Of a stretch of 64,000 nucleotides of DNA, positions 30,763 to 41,380 are shown piece after piece. The notes under the pieces were generated by a model. It worked only from the letters and a program-made list of their open reading frames with translations. It had not been told where the DNA came from and did no database searches. The translations under genes were made by a program, and so were the position numbers. The stretch is from an uncultured Bdellovibrio sp. (lineage in GTDB: Bacteria > Bdellovibrionota > Bdellovibrionia > Bdellovibrionales > Bdellovibrionaceae). The stretch covers positions 32,412 to 96,411 of the forward strand of contig CAWVRN010000016.1 of assembly GCA_963932905.1 (NCBI GenBank), read 5' to 3'. Each line of letters starts with the position of its first letter. Within the stretch, counting starts at the first letter, position 1.

Positions 30763-32262
30763 TCATAGCGCCGCCTTCGCCGCCGTCATAAGCGGACCAG
30801 AAGTCGTCTCTAAGAACTCAGGCTTTCCTTCGGATTCGCTTTCACCAAGCATCGGTTTTAGGAACATAAACACCGAACCTGTTGTCATCGTGGCCACCAG
30901 AAGCTGAACCCATGAATAGATCGAAAACATATAGTAAAGCCTGTGGTTCACGAGACTGGCCGAGTACATGGATACCCCATCAGTCATTTGCCCAAAGGCT
31001 TGCATGACCTCAGACGACATCGAGATGCCAAGCATGATGTGATAGAGAAGCGTCCATAGTGGCGTCCACAAAAGAACCGAGAAGTAGATCCAAAACCAAA
31101 CCACCAGCACACGCCACTTGCCTGCGACCACAAAAAACATGAGCCACGGAAAGACCGCGATCAAAAGCATTCGGATAAATCCGGCGACGTGGGGCGCTCG
31201 CGCCAAATGCTCACTGAATTCCTGCGAACGACTTGCCGCCTCGGATGCACCTTGCTGATCTCGTAAACCCAGAGATCCTAGAATCCCATCCCAACTAAAG
31301 AGGCGTCCAAGAACTTGGAAAGTTTGACCAGCGGCTCCTGGAGCCTCAGCACCCTTTTGAATGCCGAGACGACCCTCGTGTTGATCGGCATAGAAGTTCG
31401 CAAGCGCCATCGAAGTCGCGTAGTTCTTGTAATAGCTTGGATCAAGCTTCCCGCCGTATGAGTAAACGAGTGCTTCTGAATACGGAATGGTCTTGGAAAA
31501 ATCCTTCATCTGACCGACGCCGTATTCATTCAACTTCTGAACCGTTGAGTCCTTTACTTCTAGGCAATTCGTTGTTTTTCCTTGGCCCAGATCAATGCTG
31601 ACATCTGAAAGTTCTTTGTTGATTTTTTTACCCGCCGAAAAAAATCCATCAATCGCTCCTTGATTTTTAAACTGGTCTACAGATGGCAAAACCTTGGTGA
31701 AACATTCATCCGAATAAAAACGAAGCTGGTCCCGAAGCGGTGAATCTTCAATCGTTGAGATGCCCGCATACATGATAGCCTTGTAGAACATATTCGGAGC
31801 CGTAAGCTGGGGATTACCCTTAGCGAATACTTCGTCAATGACCCTTGAAAGAAGCCCGGTGACTTCTTCAGCCGTTCGACTCATTAGCTCAAAGACAACG
31901 CTCACTCGGTACTGACTCTCAACATTATCCACATGGTTCTTCACATAGGTATTGTCGGACCAGTTTTTGCCTTGATAGTCCTTCACCCGCGCTTCCGAGC
32001 CGACGCGAAGAATCGCAAGACCTAAGAAAAGACATGCGATCACTTTGATAAACTTTGAGATGGGAACGTGACGCTTCTCGATCAAAGACCCCGGCAAATA
32101 GCGCGAGATAAATTTTAAAATCGTGAAAAAGAAAATGGCTCCAAAAATAATAAGAACCAAACCCTTAAAGAAGGTTTCACCCGTAATGACTTCAATAAAC
32201 TTGGAGTGAAGGCCGAGTCCAATGAGCTGATAGAGCGCTTCATAAGCCGTATTTGAAAACAT
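30763..32262 (-). CDS. traG: TraG N-terminal-like (VirB6-like) inner membrane protein
   Basis: Multi-TM; APHVAGFIRMLLIAVFP, WTPLW; position at end of tra operon. Confidence 0.75.
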   Translation of the reverse strand: MFSNTAYEALYQLIGLGLHSKFIEVITGETFFKGLVLIIFGAIFFFTILKFISRYLPGSLIEKRHVPISKFIKVIACLFLGLAILRVGSEARVKDYQGKNWSDNTYVKNHVDNVESQYRVSVVFELMSRTAEEVTGLLSRVIDEVFAKGNPQLTAPNMFYKAIMYAGISTIEDSPLRDQLRFYSDECFTKVLPSVDQFKNQGAIDGFFSAGKKINKELSDVSIDLGQGKTTNCLEVKDSTVQKLNEYGVGQMKDFSKTIPYSEALVYSYGGKLDPSYYKNYATSMALANFYADQHEGRLGIQKGAEAPGAAGQTFQVLGRLFSWDGILGSLGLRDQQGASEAASRSQEFSEHLARAPHVAGFIRMLLIAVFPWLMFFVVAGKWRVLVVWFWIYFSVLLWTPLWTLLYHIMLGISMSSEVMQAFGQMTDGVSMYSASLVNHRLYYMFSIYSWVQLLVATMTTGSVFMFLKPMLGESESEGKPEFLETTSGPLMTAAKAAL

Positions 32263-32277
32263 ATTCCTCCTTTCACA

Positions 32278-32523
32278 TTAAGCTTCGTTAAGAATTCGGG
32301 CATTGATGCCGTTTCTTAAAATCACGGCAATACCTTCAAGTTTTGAAAACCAGAAAAAGCTCTCATGCCAGTGCTCGATAATTCCAAGGAGCCAAACCTT
32401 GTTAATTTCTATTTCGACAATCGCGCCCGATTTGATTTCAACATCACCGACTTCAAATCTCTGAAAGCAGTTTCGTTTCAATGGTCCTTCGGAAGTCATT
32501 GGCCACCTCCTTTGGTTTCGCAA
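32278..32523 (-). CDS. Small hypothetical protein (DUF5348-like)
   Basis: GAIVEIEINKVWLLGIIE; start probably the second Met after GGAGG. Confidence 0.5.
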   Translation of the reverse strand: MRNQRRWPMTSEGPLKRNCFQRFEVGDVEIKSGAIVEIEINKVWLLGIIEHWHESFFWFSKLEGIAVILRNGINARILNEA

Positions 32524-33824
32524 AGAACGCCGTCCGAGCAGTCGAAGAAGCGACTCTTGGCAGTTTGCGATTCCAATCCCGATTGATCGCGCATCAGGCG
32601 TTCGCGGGATAGGTCCTGATGAATGCCTTCACCCTCTTGATTGATCTGGGAGACCACTTCATTCAATGGAACATTTCGCTCGCGCTGAAGTTCTAACGTC
32701 GTCTGGATCGACTGCTTGAGCGTGTCTCGCTTATCCTCGATTTCCTTTTTACGACGCTCGGGCAGATTTGGATTCTGCGAAGCAAGGGCTAAAACATCGA
32801 GAGACCTGTTCATGTCTTCAGAGAACCTTGCGATAGCCACGGAACCTGCTAAACGCTGACAATAGAGCGCACGGCTTCGATATGGCATCACTGCAAGATT
32901 ACGAAGAGTCTGCCGGTCGAGAAGAGTTTGGTTTTTAGCTCCCGTGATGGACTCAAGGTCTGCATTGCGAATGACCGCATTGGTGCCACCAGGGCTAGCA
33001 GCATCGACTTTCCCCATGAGGCCGACACAAAGCTTGTCCTGAACATCTCGCTCAATCCCGGCCAAGTGCGTTCGCGGCGTAATGCCGAAGGGTTTGTCAC
33101 CGTATTCGACACTGACTTTGCCACGGGAAATGACGGTGTCCCCAACAAGGTTTTTGACAAGCTTCACAGTGCTTGAAGCTTCGGGAGTATCAAACCCAGC
33201 CCAACGCGCAGAACTCTCGATCAGTTTATTGGAATTACTTTTCTCGCCGTACTTAGAACCCGACCAGTTTGCAACGTCTGTATCCCACATGCGGTTTGAG
33301 TTACAGGCTTGCATGGCGGTTTCAATGTTTCCGCCATTGCTTTCTATTTGGCGGTGAACACAGGACTGTCTTTCCTCGTAGTATTCCCCAACACGAGAAT
33401 CGGTGTACTTGTCCATGAGCGAGCACTGATTCAGGCGCATTTGCGACATGAAGTTCGCGTTTATTTGCGAGTGCTTTAGAATCGCACACCAAGTCGGACT
33501 AAAGTAGCAGGCAAGGAGCATTGGCGAGCCCGCCATGATGTCCTTTCCCATGTCACCAAAGTAACGACTATCAAGAATATTTTTAAGACTCGCCTGAAGC
33601 GTGCTTTTAAAATCAACTCGTCCGCAGTCTGAACCAATTCCAAGATTCAATCCCAGATCAACACTTCGGTACTCGTCAAAGACGGGGTCTTTTTTGAACC
33701 CTTGAGTCTGGTACAGATAATCGCTCGACTTAAATTCACTGCGATTTCGGTAAGAATAGTCGTTGTCTCCAGCGCTCGCCTGAGCCCCGAGGAAACAAAG
33801 ACTCATCGTTAAAATTATTTTCAT
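32496..33824 (-). CDS. TraH-like periplasmic conjugation protein
   Basis: Signal peptide; CGRVDF, PMLL...SP..C, coiled coil; between VirB4 and TraG. Confidence 0.65.
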   Translation of the reverse strand: MKIILTMSLCFLGAQASAGDNDYSYRNRSEFKSSDYLYQTQGFKKDPVFDEYRSVDLGLNLGIGSDCGRVDFKSTLQASLKNILDSRYFGDMGKDIMAGSPMLLACYFSPTWCAILKHSQINANFMSQMRLNQCSLMDKYTDSRVGEYYEERQSCVHRQIESNGGNIETAMQACNSNRMWDTDVANWSGSKYGEKSNSNKLIESSARWAGFDTPEASSTVKLVKNLVGDTVISRGKVSVEYGDKPFGITPRTHLAGIERDVQDKLCVGLMGKVDAASPGGTNAVIRNADLESITGAKNQTLLDRQTLRNLAVMPYRSRALYCQRLAGSVAIARFSEDMNRSLDVLALASQNPNLPERRKKEIEDKRDTLKQSIQTTLELQRERNVPLNEVVSQINQEGEGIHQDLSRERLMRDQSGLESQTAKSRFFDCSDGVLCETKGGGQ

Positions 33825-36347
33825 CTAGACTCCTTTTGTTTTTTCGTGAATCTCGTTTCGATCCTGCTCACTGTTCGCAGAGGACAGTCGATCAAGATTT
33901 GACTGGATATATCTAAACGCTCCTTGATGAGTGCTGGTCTTATTCGCGTAAAAGACTTCTGCGTACTCATTCGGGCTTGTTTCAAGCGTGTCGAGAATCT
34001 CAAGTGATGCGGAATTCAAAAGCGATGAGTGTTCCCGCAGATAGCGAACATTGTCGGGACTCATTTTTAAGAAAAAGAAATTGTCAGCTCCGCCCCAAAC
34101 AGCTTTACCGGCCTCAGTTTCAAAGAAGACTCTGGGATTTGGTGCAACACCAATCAGGAAGAATCCCATTTTTCGCATTCTCTCTGCGGCCTCTACAACG
34201 AATTCGCCAACGATTGGGTTGTCGCGGCCCAAACAGCCAAGCTCTTCGATATAAAGAACTCCACCGCGTTTCAGGCTTTCAGGTTTTGACATCATCGTCA
34301 TAATTTCCTGAATCACGCACATGCTCATGAGGACTTTGAGTGTTTCATCCGAATCGAGCGCTTCCAGGTCATAGGCATAGAGAAGCTTCGCTGATTGCTT
34401 CCTCGTTTGCGCTTGTCCTCGGAAGAATGCCGCATACACACCATCACCGTAGAAAGGCATAAGCCGAGTGATGAGATCTTCGATTTGCTCTTTGAGCGTC
34501 TCAAATTCACCTTCGGCAGTAAGGCCCGACATCGAAGCGATCACATCATCCATGGAAACTGAAACTTCGTTTGTCGAATCTCCCTCAACAAGCACGCCAT
34601 CCTTGTAAACGATTCCGCGCTCACGAGCCCTCCGCAAATAGGCATCCTTCAATGCGCGAGACACAATGCTCATGTGATGACTTTCCATCTCGAATGACGT
34701 GCTCGTGAGTTTGACCGCTGTCAGAATCAGCTTGGTCAGAAAATGTACTTTTGCGTCGTCGAAGGCTCCGCGAAACGATGAGAATGGCATTTCCTTGCTG
34801 GGATCAAAGACGCTTAGGTCTCCATCGAAATCTCGACACAAAGCCTCACAGCTCGTTCGCTTGTCGATTACAAACGCCATCGGCTCTGGACCTTTAAGTT
34901 TCAGCGCCTGAACACAGTCTAGCGCAAATTTACTTTTTCCGGAGCCCGTGTCTCCAAGGATGGCCGTGTGATTTGAAATCGCATTGGACGCCCACGAAAA
35001 ACGAACAAGATTGTTTTCCCGCGATAAAAATATTTGAAGTGGATTGTCCATCCCACTGTATGAGTCAAAAACAGGAAGAAGCTTTGTCGCATCTTTATTC
35101 ATGATCCGAACAAATCTCTGACTCGAATGATCCGCCGAGGGCGTATAGAAAAGTGGAAGACTATTTAAGCAAAGTCCGAAGCCGATCATCTCTTCTCGGA
35201 TAACTTCACACTCTAAGTCATTGTGAAATACGCTGGTGATGGCTCTGGTTCGTTGATTCAGAACCTCTTCGGTTTCTCCTTCGATAATCACACTGAATGT
35301 CATAAACAAACACCGCTCGTCATGGGCAAGTCGTTCTTGAATTTCCTTGATCTCCTGCTGCTGACGACGAGCCCGCGCGCTCGGACTATTTTGAAGAAAG
35401 AATTCCTTCGTATCAAAGTAGCTTTTGATTTTTGCAGCTTTTGGAAAGCTAAAATTGAGCGAAAGCTTGAATGGAAAATTGAGCGTGAGAAAATTCGCCA
35501 TTCCGCCAGGGACGACCCGTCGAGGACTCGTCTTAAGCGTAATAGTCCGAGTCTTAAGGCCCTCTCGCTCCAGTCCTTCAAAGTCGCCCTTAAGCCCCGC
35601 ATAGACGACTTGTTCAGAAATTGAAGTGTGCGGGTTGAACGGCGCGAAATCTCGTTCAAGATATTCTTTGGGATTAAAAAACCGTCTCAGGTATTCGACG
35701 AGTTCAGCACCTCCTACTCGGGTTAGGGGAACTTTTGAGCTATCAACAAATTGAGCGAGAATTTGAGAAAATTCTGAAACCTCCATCGTCATCGCGTTCA
35801 TCGAATCAAAGAGAAGACCCTCTCCGCGCTCCATGAGGCGTAAGATTTCTTTTTTGTTGTCTTGATCTGGAAAATACCTCATCGACAGAAGAGCGCGTCG
35901 ACGCATCGGCGAAAGTTTATTTTTCCCTTCGCAATAGCTCTTCAGATTTTCAAGTCGCGCCTCATAGATCGTTTTTGAAACTGGATTTGGATCCTTGAAG
36001 CCGCTCGCTTCAAATGTCCAAATCGGATCGCGCGCCGGAATGTGTCCCTGATCGAAGACAATCTGCAAAGTGCATTTCTCTGGCAAGAAGAACCAAGATT
36101 TAAGTCCTTCGACCATTTCAACGATTCGGGTTGCTTCAAGCGGCTCATGCTCAATGAGTCCAAGTTCAAAAACGGCCCCTAAAGATCCATCTTTAAGAAC
36201 AAACATTCCGGCTTCGCTTAAGTATTCTTCGTATGGAAGAATTTTTGCGAAGGAGTCGGGACGCTCAAACAAGGCACGAACAAATTTCGTTCGGCTTGCG
36301 AGTGTGGATTCAATAATTTCGCTATTTGATTTTTCAATTCCAAGCAT
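33825..36347 (-). CDS. traC: VirB4/TraC family ATPase
   Basis: 840 aa; HTAILGDTGSGKS Walker A, VIDK, YIEE Walker B, RMRKMG. Confidence 0.88.
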   Translation of the reverse strand: MLGIEKSNSEIIESTLASRTKFVRALFERPDSFAKILPYEEYLSEAGMFVLKDGSLGAVFELGLIEHEPLEATRIVEMVEGLKSWFFLPEKCTLQIVFDQGHIPARDPIWTFEASGFKDPNPVSKTIYEARLENLKSYCEGKNKLSPMRRRALLSMRYFPDQDNKKEILRLMERGEGLLFDSMNAMTMEVSEFSQILAQFVDSSKVPLTRVGGAELVEYLRRFFNPKEYLERDFAPFNPHTSISEQVVYAGLKGDFEGLEREGLKTRTITLKTSPRRVVPGGMANFLTLNFPFKLSLNFSFPKAAKIKSYFDTKEFFLQNSPSARARRQQQEIKEIQERLAHDERCLFMTFSVIIEGETEEVLNQRTRAITSVFHNDLECEVIREEMIGFGLCLNSLPLFYTPSADHSSQRFVRIMNKDATKLLPVFDSYSGMDNPLQIFLSRENNLVRFSWASNAISNHTAILGDTGSGKSKFALDCVQALKLKGPEPMAFVIDKRTSCEALCRDFDGDLSVFDPSKEMPFSSFRGAFDDAKVHFLTKLILTAVKLTSTSFEMESHHMSIVSRALKDAYLRRARERGIVYKDGVLVEGDSTNEVSVSMDDVIASMSGLTAEGEFETLKEQIEDLITRLMPFYGDGVYAAFFRGQAQTRKQSAKLLYAYDLEALDSDETLKVLMSMCVIQEIMTMMSKPESLKRGGVLYIEELGCLGRDNPIVGEFVVEAAERMRKMGFFLIGVAPNPRVFFETEAGKAVWGGADNFFFLKMSPDNVRYLREHSSLLNSASLEILDTLETSPNEYAEVFYANKTSTHQGAFRYIQSNLDRLSSANSEQDRNEIHEKTKGV

Positions 36348-36454
36348 AGGTAGACCCCTTTTTTGGTCTGCCGCTCGCCTGGTATTGGTAGAGAGACTTT
36401 TTAGTTTTTTATTTTATATCGTTCGCTGCTATTGAAGTGAGCGTTCGATATTTT

Positions 36455-37036
36455 CTACGGCCAAACTTCTGGAAACAAATTGCCTGCTGCATCTTCTGTT
36501 TCTAGTATTGAAGCAAACTTTGTTGCTTTCGCGTTTTTCAGTTTTTCCAAGTAAAAAGCCTTTTTAGGTTTCATCTTAGTTTGTGCCTTCATATGCTGAA
36601 GCACGCCGTCCTTTACTTCCTCTGGTACACTTAAGAAAAGATCACACAAAAACAAATCTGGGCTGCATACTGAAATCCCAACAGGACTCAGTAGTGCGTC
36701 GGGAAAGTCCTTCAAATTTAAAGTGACGATGGTGGAGCAGTTTTGCTGCCGAGCTAAAGCCACCACATGCTCATCATCTTTATCTGGAAGTCCGACGAGA
36801 GTATAACCACCAGCCAAAGTTTTTCTTGAAGCGCTGAATTGCTTGAACACGCCGCCCTCAATATTTTGACGAAATTTTTGTTTCGCTTCGTCGTCATCTG
36901 AGTAATTGCGAAAAACTTCATCCCAAATTTCATCTGACCAAGTGATCTGAATTAAGCTTCCCCAAGAAAGCCACAGAAACAAGCCGCGAAGAATATTCGA
37001 ATAAAGCACGTTGGCATCAAGAACGATTTTATTCAT
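36455..37036 (-). CDS. PIN-domain toxin (VapC50/PIN_3-like)
   Basis: IVLDANVLY, LPDKDDEHVVALA, IVTLNLKDFP. Confidence 0.88.
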   Translation of the reverse strand: MNKIVLDANVLYSNILRGLFLWLSWGSLIQITWSDEIWDEVFRNYSDDDEAKQKFRQNIEGGVFKQFSASRKTLAGGYTLVGLPDKDDEHVVALARQQNCSTIVTLNLKDFPDALLSPVGISVCSPDLFLCDLFLSVPEEVKDGVLQHMKAQTKMKPKKAFYLEKLKNAKATKFASILETEDAAGNLFPEVWP

Positions 37037-37421
37037 CCTTATCTATACCAAATCCGTCTTCGTCCATTTTCGACATCACCTGAGCAAATTGCTCACGCTC
37101 TTCCATATACTGAAGCAAAGAGCCTTTTGTAATTCTCCAGTGGGTGCCGACCTCATAACCCTTGAGTCTGCCAACTTTCAGCATGTGCATGATTGAGGGA
37201 CGAGAAATGCCAGCAATCTCTCCCGCTTGAGACGGCGACAGATCATCCTCAATAACGATGGCTTTTTCATCTAAGAGAAGCTCCACAAGTCCGACAAGTT
37301 CATGAAGGGAACTCTTCTTGATCTCAACGACTTCTTTAGGCTGTTTTTCTGCTCCCTTGAGTAAGGCCAAAAGGTTTTGGACCTTTTCTTCCTTTTCCTT
37401 CGTAATAAGCAGTCGTGACAT
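37029..37421 (-). CDS. Excisionase-HTH antitoxin/regulator
   Basis: LSPSQAGEIAGISRP...VGTHWRI; overlaps PIN gene; start ATG 37421 after GGAGG. Confidence 0.8.
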   Translation of the reverse strand: MSRLLITKEKEEKVQNLLALLKGAEKQPKEVVEIKKSSLHELVGLVELLLDEKAIVIEDDLSPSQAGEIAGISRPSIMHMLKVGRLKGYEVGTHWRITKGSLLQYMEEREQFAQVMSKMDEDGFGIDKDE

Positions 37422-37596
37422 AGAGCCTCCTATGTACCCATCATAATACATAACTGTATTATCTGAAACATCTTTCTTATCCTTATTATCGGCAGCATCT
37501 AACATAACTTAAGTCTCCTATATTTGTTTTGGCGCCATAACTGTCTTAAAACGCTCCCGATCTCAAACTGAGACAATCTCTAGCCCCCCGCTAGCG

Positions 37597-37977
37597 TTAC
37601 GTGCCTCTGGACCCCTTTGGAGGCTTTTGAACAGGCTTATCCTGAGTACGCGGCTTCGTTTTCGGCCCGGACGTTTTAGGTAATGGGACCTTCTTCATTT
37701 CCCAAGCTTCCGGCGCGACTACGATTGAAAGCCAGGAACCCCAAAAGTAATCCTTCGATGGAAGTTCTTTTGCGTGAAGCCACGCCACCACCACTTGTTC
37801 AGGCATACGGGTTGGAACGTATTTTACTCCACCTTGCCCGGACATATTCATGGGTGGTGCGGTGAAACCATAGCCAGCTCTTTCCTCAAGAAGTGACTTC
37901 TGATTGGTGCTCGCGCAACCGTTGATGAGACTACTCAAGAACACGAGTGAAATAAGAGTAAATACCTTCATCACCAT
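37597..37977 (-). CDS. traV: TraV-like lipoprotein
   Basis: Lipobox INGC; PTRMPEQVVVAW...VVAPEAW; follows traB. Confidence 0.75.
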   Translation of the reverse strand: MVMKVFTLISLVFLSSLINGCASTNQKSLLEERAGYGFTAPPMNMSGQGGVKYVPTRMPEQVVVAWLHAKELPSKDYFWGSWLSIVVAPEAWEMKKVPLPKTSGPKTKPRTQDKPVQKPPKGSRGT

Positions 37978-39190
37978 TCTTCCTTTCTTTTTTGAAAAAT
38001 TCTTCGGGCAAATTAACTTTGTCCTTCATAACAATCCAGACATCGCGGCCTGAACCGATAGCAACCGTCGGTGCAAGATTTTGCGCCTGTTGCAAGTACC
38101 ACTGAGCCACCATACCTGCGGCATTTGAAGCTCCGCCTGCGACGGCGTACTTCCCGGCATCACCAGTCATCATCGAAGAACCGCCCCCCAGAGGATTCGT
38201 GCTCTGGGTTGTTTGCGAGGCTTGAACTGCCTTCCCAACACCATCAACCACACCCGCGATGAATGCCATTGCAGCTACTCGGCCTTGTTTTGAGTTCACT
38301 TGCCCTTTCATGGCAAAAGATCCGTCCTTGTCGTCGGCAACAAACCCATTCACTTCGCGCTCAAACATCTTTCCTTTTTTGGAAACGCAGCTCATCTTGG
38401 TCGCCTGCATTTGCACGCGCTCAGTTGAAAGATCTCCTTCCGCCTTTGCGATCATAAAGCAGCCCGAGAGATCAATTTTATGATCGTTCGGACCAACGTA
38501 AGAAAAATCGAGCACCATCAGAACCGGATAGGTCTTTCCCTCGGGCACATCAACGCCAGTTAGAACTTTCGCTTTCACGTAGCTACCAGAAGGCAAGACA
38601 ACACCTTCGGTTTTAACGTCGCTCTTAACGGGAAACGCAATAAGATCGGGACCTTTTGCTTTCACACGACTAACTGGCGAACGAACGGGCGAAACGGTTC
38701 CACCAGGAGGTGCGTCGTAAAGCTGAATTGGTGTTTCTTGGTTCGGAGTTCCAGCATTCGGTGCGATCCCCAAGCTTTGCGGTTGTCCATTTACGGATGG
38801 CGGCAAATCTGTTTTCGACTGATTTACGTTTGTCGCAGCAGCATTCGCTTCTTGAAGTTTCTTTTCCAGTTCTGCGAGGCGAGCTTCAAGTTTACTTTGT
38901 CCTTCAAACATAGCTTGGGCCTTTTGAGAAAGAAGACGCTCTTTTCCGTAGTAGAATGTGCTTTCTCGATCATTCAGAATTCTTCCATTCTGAAAACTGA
39001 CGGCGGCACCGCGCTCAATAACTCGGTTCTCTTTTTCACCGATAAGTCCAAAAAAATTAATAACGAGCAAAACTCCAACTACAGAAAGGCCAACGATGAT
39101 TGGCTTTTTTTGAGTAAGTTCTTTGATCCTTAAGTGATGCTTTTTCCAGTCGAAGGATTTAATCTGAACTAGAATATTTTCTGCGTTCAT
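37931..39190 (-). CDS. traB: TraB/VirB10-like protein
   Basis: TM, coiled coil, Pro-rich linker, LPSGSYVKAKVLTGVD, GCF...GDLSTERV. Confidence 0.88.
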   Translation of the reverse strand: MNAENILVQIKSFDWKKHHLRIKELTQKKPIIVGLSVVGVLLVINFFGLIGEKENRVIERGAAVSFQNGRILNDRESTFYYGKERLLSQKAQAMFEGQSKLEARLAELEKKLQEANAAATNVNQSKTDLPPSVNGQPQSLGIAPNAGTPNQETPIQLYDAPPGGTVSPVRSPVSRVKAKGPDLIAFPVKSDVKTEGVVLPSGSYVKAKVLTGVDVPEGKTYPVLMVLDFSYVGPNDHKIDLSGCFMIAKAEGDLSTERVQMQATKMSCVSKKGKMFEREVNGFVADDKDGSFAMKGQVNSKQGRVAAMAFIAGVVDGVGKAVQASQTTQSTNPLGGGSSMMTGDAGKYAVAGGASNAAGMVAQWYLQQAQNLAPTVAIGSGRDVWIVMKDKVNLPEEFFKKERKNGDEGIYSYFTRVLE

Positions 39191-39192
39191 TT

Positions 39193-40113
39193 CTACTCCC
39201 CCTTCTTAGGATTGGCAGACGCTTCGTCTGATTCCATCGCTAAAATTACATCGCTACTTGAAGATGTGTTTTTAGCGACGACACGAATCAATGTTTCGCT
39301 GACACCTTTTCCTTTTGGATACAAAGTGGTCTCGTCACTCTGAGAGAGAATCGCTAAGTTTGGCTCTCCCACGGTGAGATGCCTTACATCAACTTCGACA
39401 TTTTTTTTCCAGCTCGTGTTCGTGAGCTTAAAAACATACCCGTTAAATGGAGAGCCCCGATAAATGCGAATCAGCTCAGCTCGCGCACTGGAATTTTTTG
39501 ACGGGAAGCTTTGCGAGACACGATAAAGCTTGTATCCCGACACAGCGTCGTCTCGTACCATCGCCTTTAGCAGTTCGACTTCGGAAATGACGGGAGCGTT
39601 CTCGGAATCTCCAGCTTCTGCTGATTCTCTGGATTTGAAATCGTACAGACCGTCAGCCGCCGGATCATTGGGACTTACAATGATTTTTGTCCTCACCACC
39701 GATTTATCAACCAGAAAGAAAATGACTTCGTTAACTCCATTCGTAAAGCGCGGAGTCACTTCAAGATCAGTGTAACTTGGATCGGAAGCGTTCGCGGGCT
39801 TGATCTGAAGTTTACTAGCACCCGAGATTGTTTGAACCGCCTTCGAAAAGCGAAAAATTGTCGGCCCTCCATGCTTGATGCGAACTTGCTCGGTCCCTGT
39901 GCCGTAAACTACAACTTTTGCCTCCGCACGGGATACAAGCAGGAACACCAGCAGAAGAATTCCGACGAGGTAAGTTCCAAATGCAATTTTAAAAGCGACT
40001 TTTCGAAAAAGCATTTTAAGACTCTCAATCTCAAAATTAAGTCCCTGATCCAGATCAATTGTTTTGTTATCGACCATTTGTTTTCCCTCCGTTGGCGCTT
40101 GGCTTAAATCCAT
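39193..40113 (-). CDS. traK: TraK-like protein
   Basis: Signal-like segment, ELLKAM..D..SGY; order traL-traE-traK-traB-traV. Confidence 0.65.
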   Translation of the reverse strand: MDLSQAPTEGKQMVDNKTIDLDQGLNFEIESLKMLFRKVAFKIAFGTYLVGILLLVFLLVSRAEAKVVVYGTGTEQVRIKHGGPTIFRFSKAVQTISGASKLQIKPANASDPSYTDLEVTPRFTNGVNEVIFFLVDKSVVRTKIIVSPNDPAADGLYDFKSRESAEAGDSENAPVISEVELLKAMVRDDAVSGYKLYRVSQSFPSKNSSARAELIRIYRGSPFNGYVFKLTNTSWKKNVEVDVRHLTVGEPNLAILSQSDETTLYPKGKGVSETLIRVVAKNTSSSSDVILAMESDEASANPKKGE

Positions 40114-40795
40114 CAGATCGCCCGCGCTTAAGGCTCGTGATTTCGAGATACCATTCCTTGCCTTTAACTGGAGGGACGAGCTTCATCAGCATTTCAATGA
40201 CCTCGTCCACATGGCCCACGCTCTCGCTATTGGTGTATCTCTCTCTTTGAGCTATTGCGGTGACCTTGTAGAATCCCTCGCCGGTCGCAACGACTTCGCG
40301 ATCTGTAATCCGCAAAATCTCAGAAATATTTTCGCTCTTAACTGTCTCGCGCCACTCCCTGGCTTCTTCTTCAAACTGAATCTGAAGCTGAGGAGTCATG
40401 AAGTTGGATAAACGCTTGTACTGTTCATCAATGTTGGCGGCATTCACGTTCCCGAGCATACTTAAGAAGCTAAGCGCAGCATTAACCACATAAGTGTCCG
40501 ACACCGATTGCGGAGACGCGGTCGTAAAATCCATTACCCCTGGAGCCAAGATATATTCTTTTTCACGAAGCTTTGTTTCAAGACCGTGAATCTCGAACCT
40601 TGCGAGGGCAAAGTGCATGGCGAATGCCGCAATATGAATTGCGAGAATGTACTGAAGCGTTAAGCGCTGCTTTATCATCGCCGACTTAAAGGCCACGTAC
40701 TTTGGCAGAATGCGAAGATCTACCCCTTGGTAGACACCCACAGGTGGCACTGCCACCTGTGCCGCTTCAATTCCCTTATCCATCGCTGTTAGCAT
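40067..40795 (-). CDS. traE: TraE-like protein
   Basis: Single TM then ILAPG...LGNVNAANID; start moved to Met 40795; synteny. Confidence 0.7.
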   Translation of the reverse strand: MLTAMDKGIEAAQVAVPPVGVYQGVDLRILPKYVAFKSAMIKQRLTLQYILAIHIAAFAMHFALARFEIHGLETKLREKEYILAPGVMDFTTASPQSVSDTYVVNAALSFLSMLGNVNAANIDEQYKRLSNFMTPQLQIQFEEEAREWRETVKSENISEILRITDREVVATGEGFYKVTAIAQRERYTNSESVGHVDEVIEMLMKLVPPVKGKEWYLEITSLKRGRSDGFKPSANGGKTNGR

Positions 40796-41024
40796 CTCGT
40801 TTACCTTTCCTTTTAGGTTTTGCATCAGGACTTGGACTCTGGGGCTCAATCCTTTCAGCAGCATGGTTTTGAGCAATGACATCCAGGTACTTGCGAGGCA
40901 AAATCCACGTTTCAACGCGCTCAATGATCCAGTAGCGACCATCTCTAGATAGTTTTGCGCGAGTATTGAAATTCGGTTTCCGGTCATATGTTTTTGCCCC
41001 TTGTTCGTCGGTTTGGTTGTCCAT
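40776..41024 (-). CDS. Small hypothetical protein
   Basis: GAGGGAG RBS then MDNQTDEQ...; fills the gap between traL and traE. Confidence 0.55.
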   Translation of the reverse strand: MDNQTDEQGAKTYDRKPNFNTRAKLSRDGRYWIIERVETWILPRKYLDVIAQNHAAERIEPQSPSPDAKPKRKGKRDANSDG

Positions 41025-41065
41025 AGTTCTCCCTCTTGGTTTGTTGTTGTTTTCATTTCTTCCTC

Positions 41066-41380
41066 TCAATCTGAAAATCTGCGGTCGTTGCTCTTCGGAT
41101 TCACAAGGCCGGGAAGCTCCATCCGAAGGCGCGAAAAGGGCCAGTGAAAGAAAATTCCTTTTGGATATTTCTTTTTAATCACTGGTCCAAACCCCAGACA
41201 CAAACTCAGCAAAGTGAACATCGTTCCCCACGAGTAGAAGAGGACTCCAAAGACAAGAATGATGAAGAGCGCGATGAAGACATCCGACAGTTCCCAAATA
41301 TCGAAAACCATAATTGGCGAGTCGATGGTTTGGCTCACCAGGGATGAGTATTTTGCCTTCAAGAGCTCTTGCTTACGCAT
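41066..41380 (-). CDS. traL: TraL-like protein
   Basis: TIDSPIMVFDIWELSD, two TMs, KKKYPKGIFFH. Confidence 0.75.
   Translation of the reverse strand: MRKQELLKAKYSSLVSQTIDSPIMVFDIWELSDVFIALFIILVFGVLFYSWGTMFTLLSLCLGFGPVIKKKYPKGIFFHWPFSRLRMELPGLVNPKSNDRRFSD

Noticed and set aside
30599..30766. N-terminal extension of the 177-aa ORF
   Set aside because: Covers the putative oriT; a better RBS and lipoprotein signal begin at 30598.
40796..41056. N-terminal extension of the 329-aa TraE ORF
   Set aside because: Overlaps a separate small ORF with a strong RBS (41024); TraE-like sequence starts near 40795.
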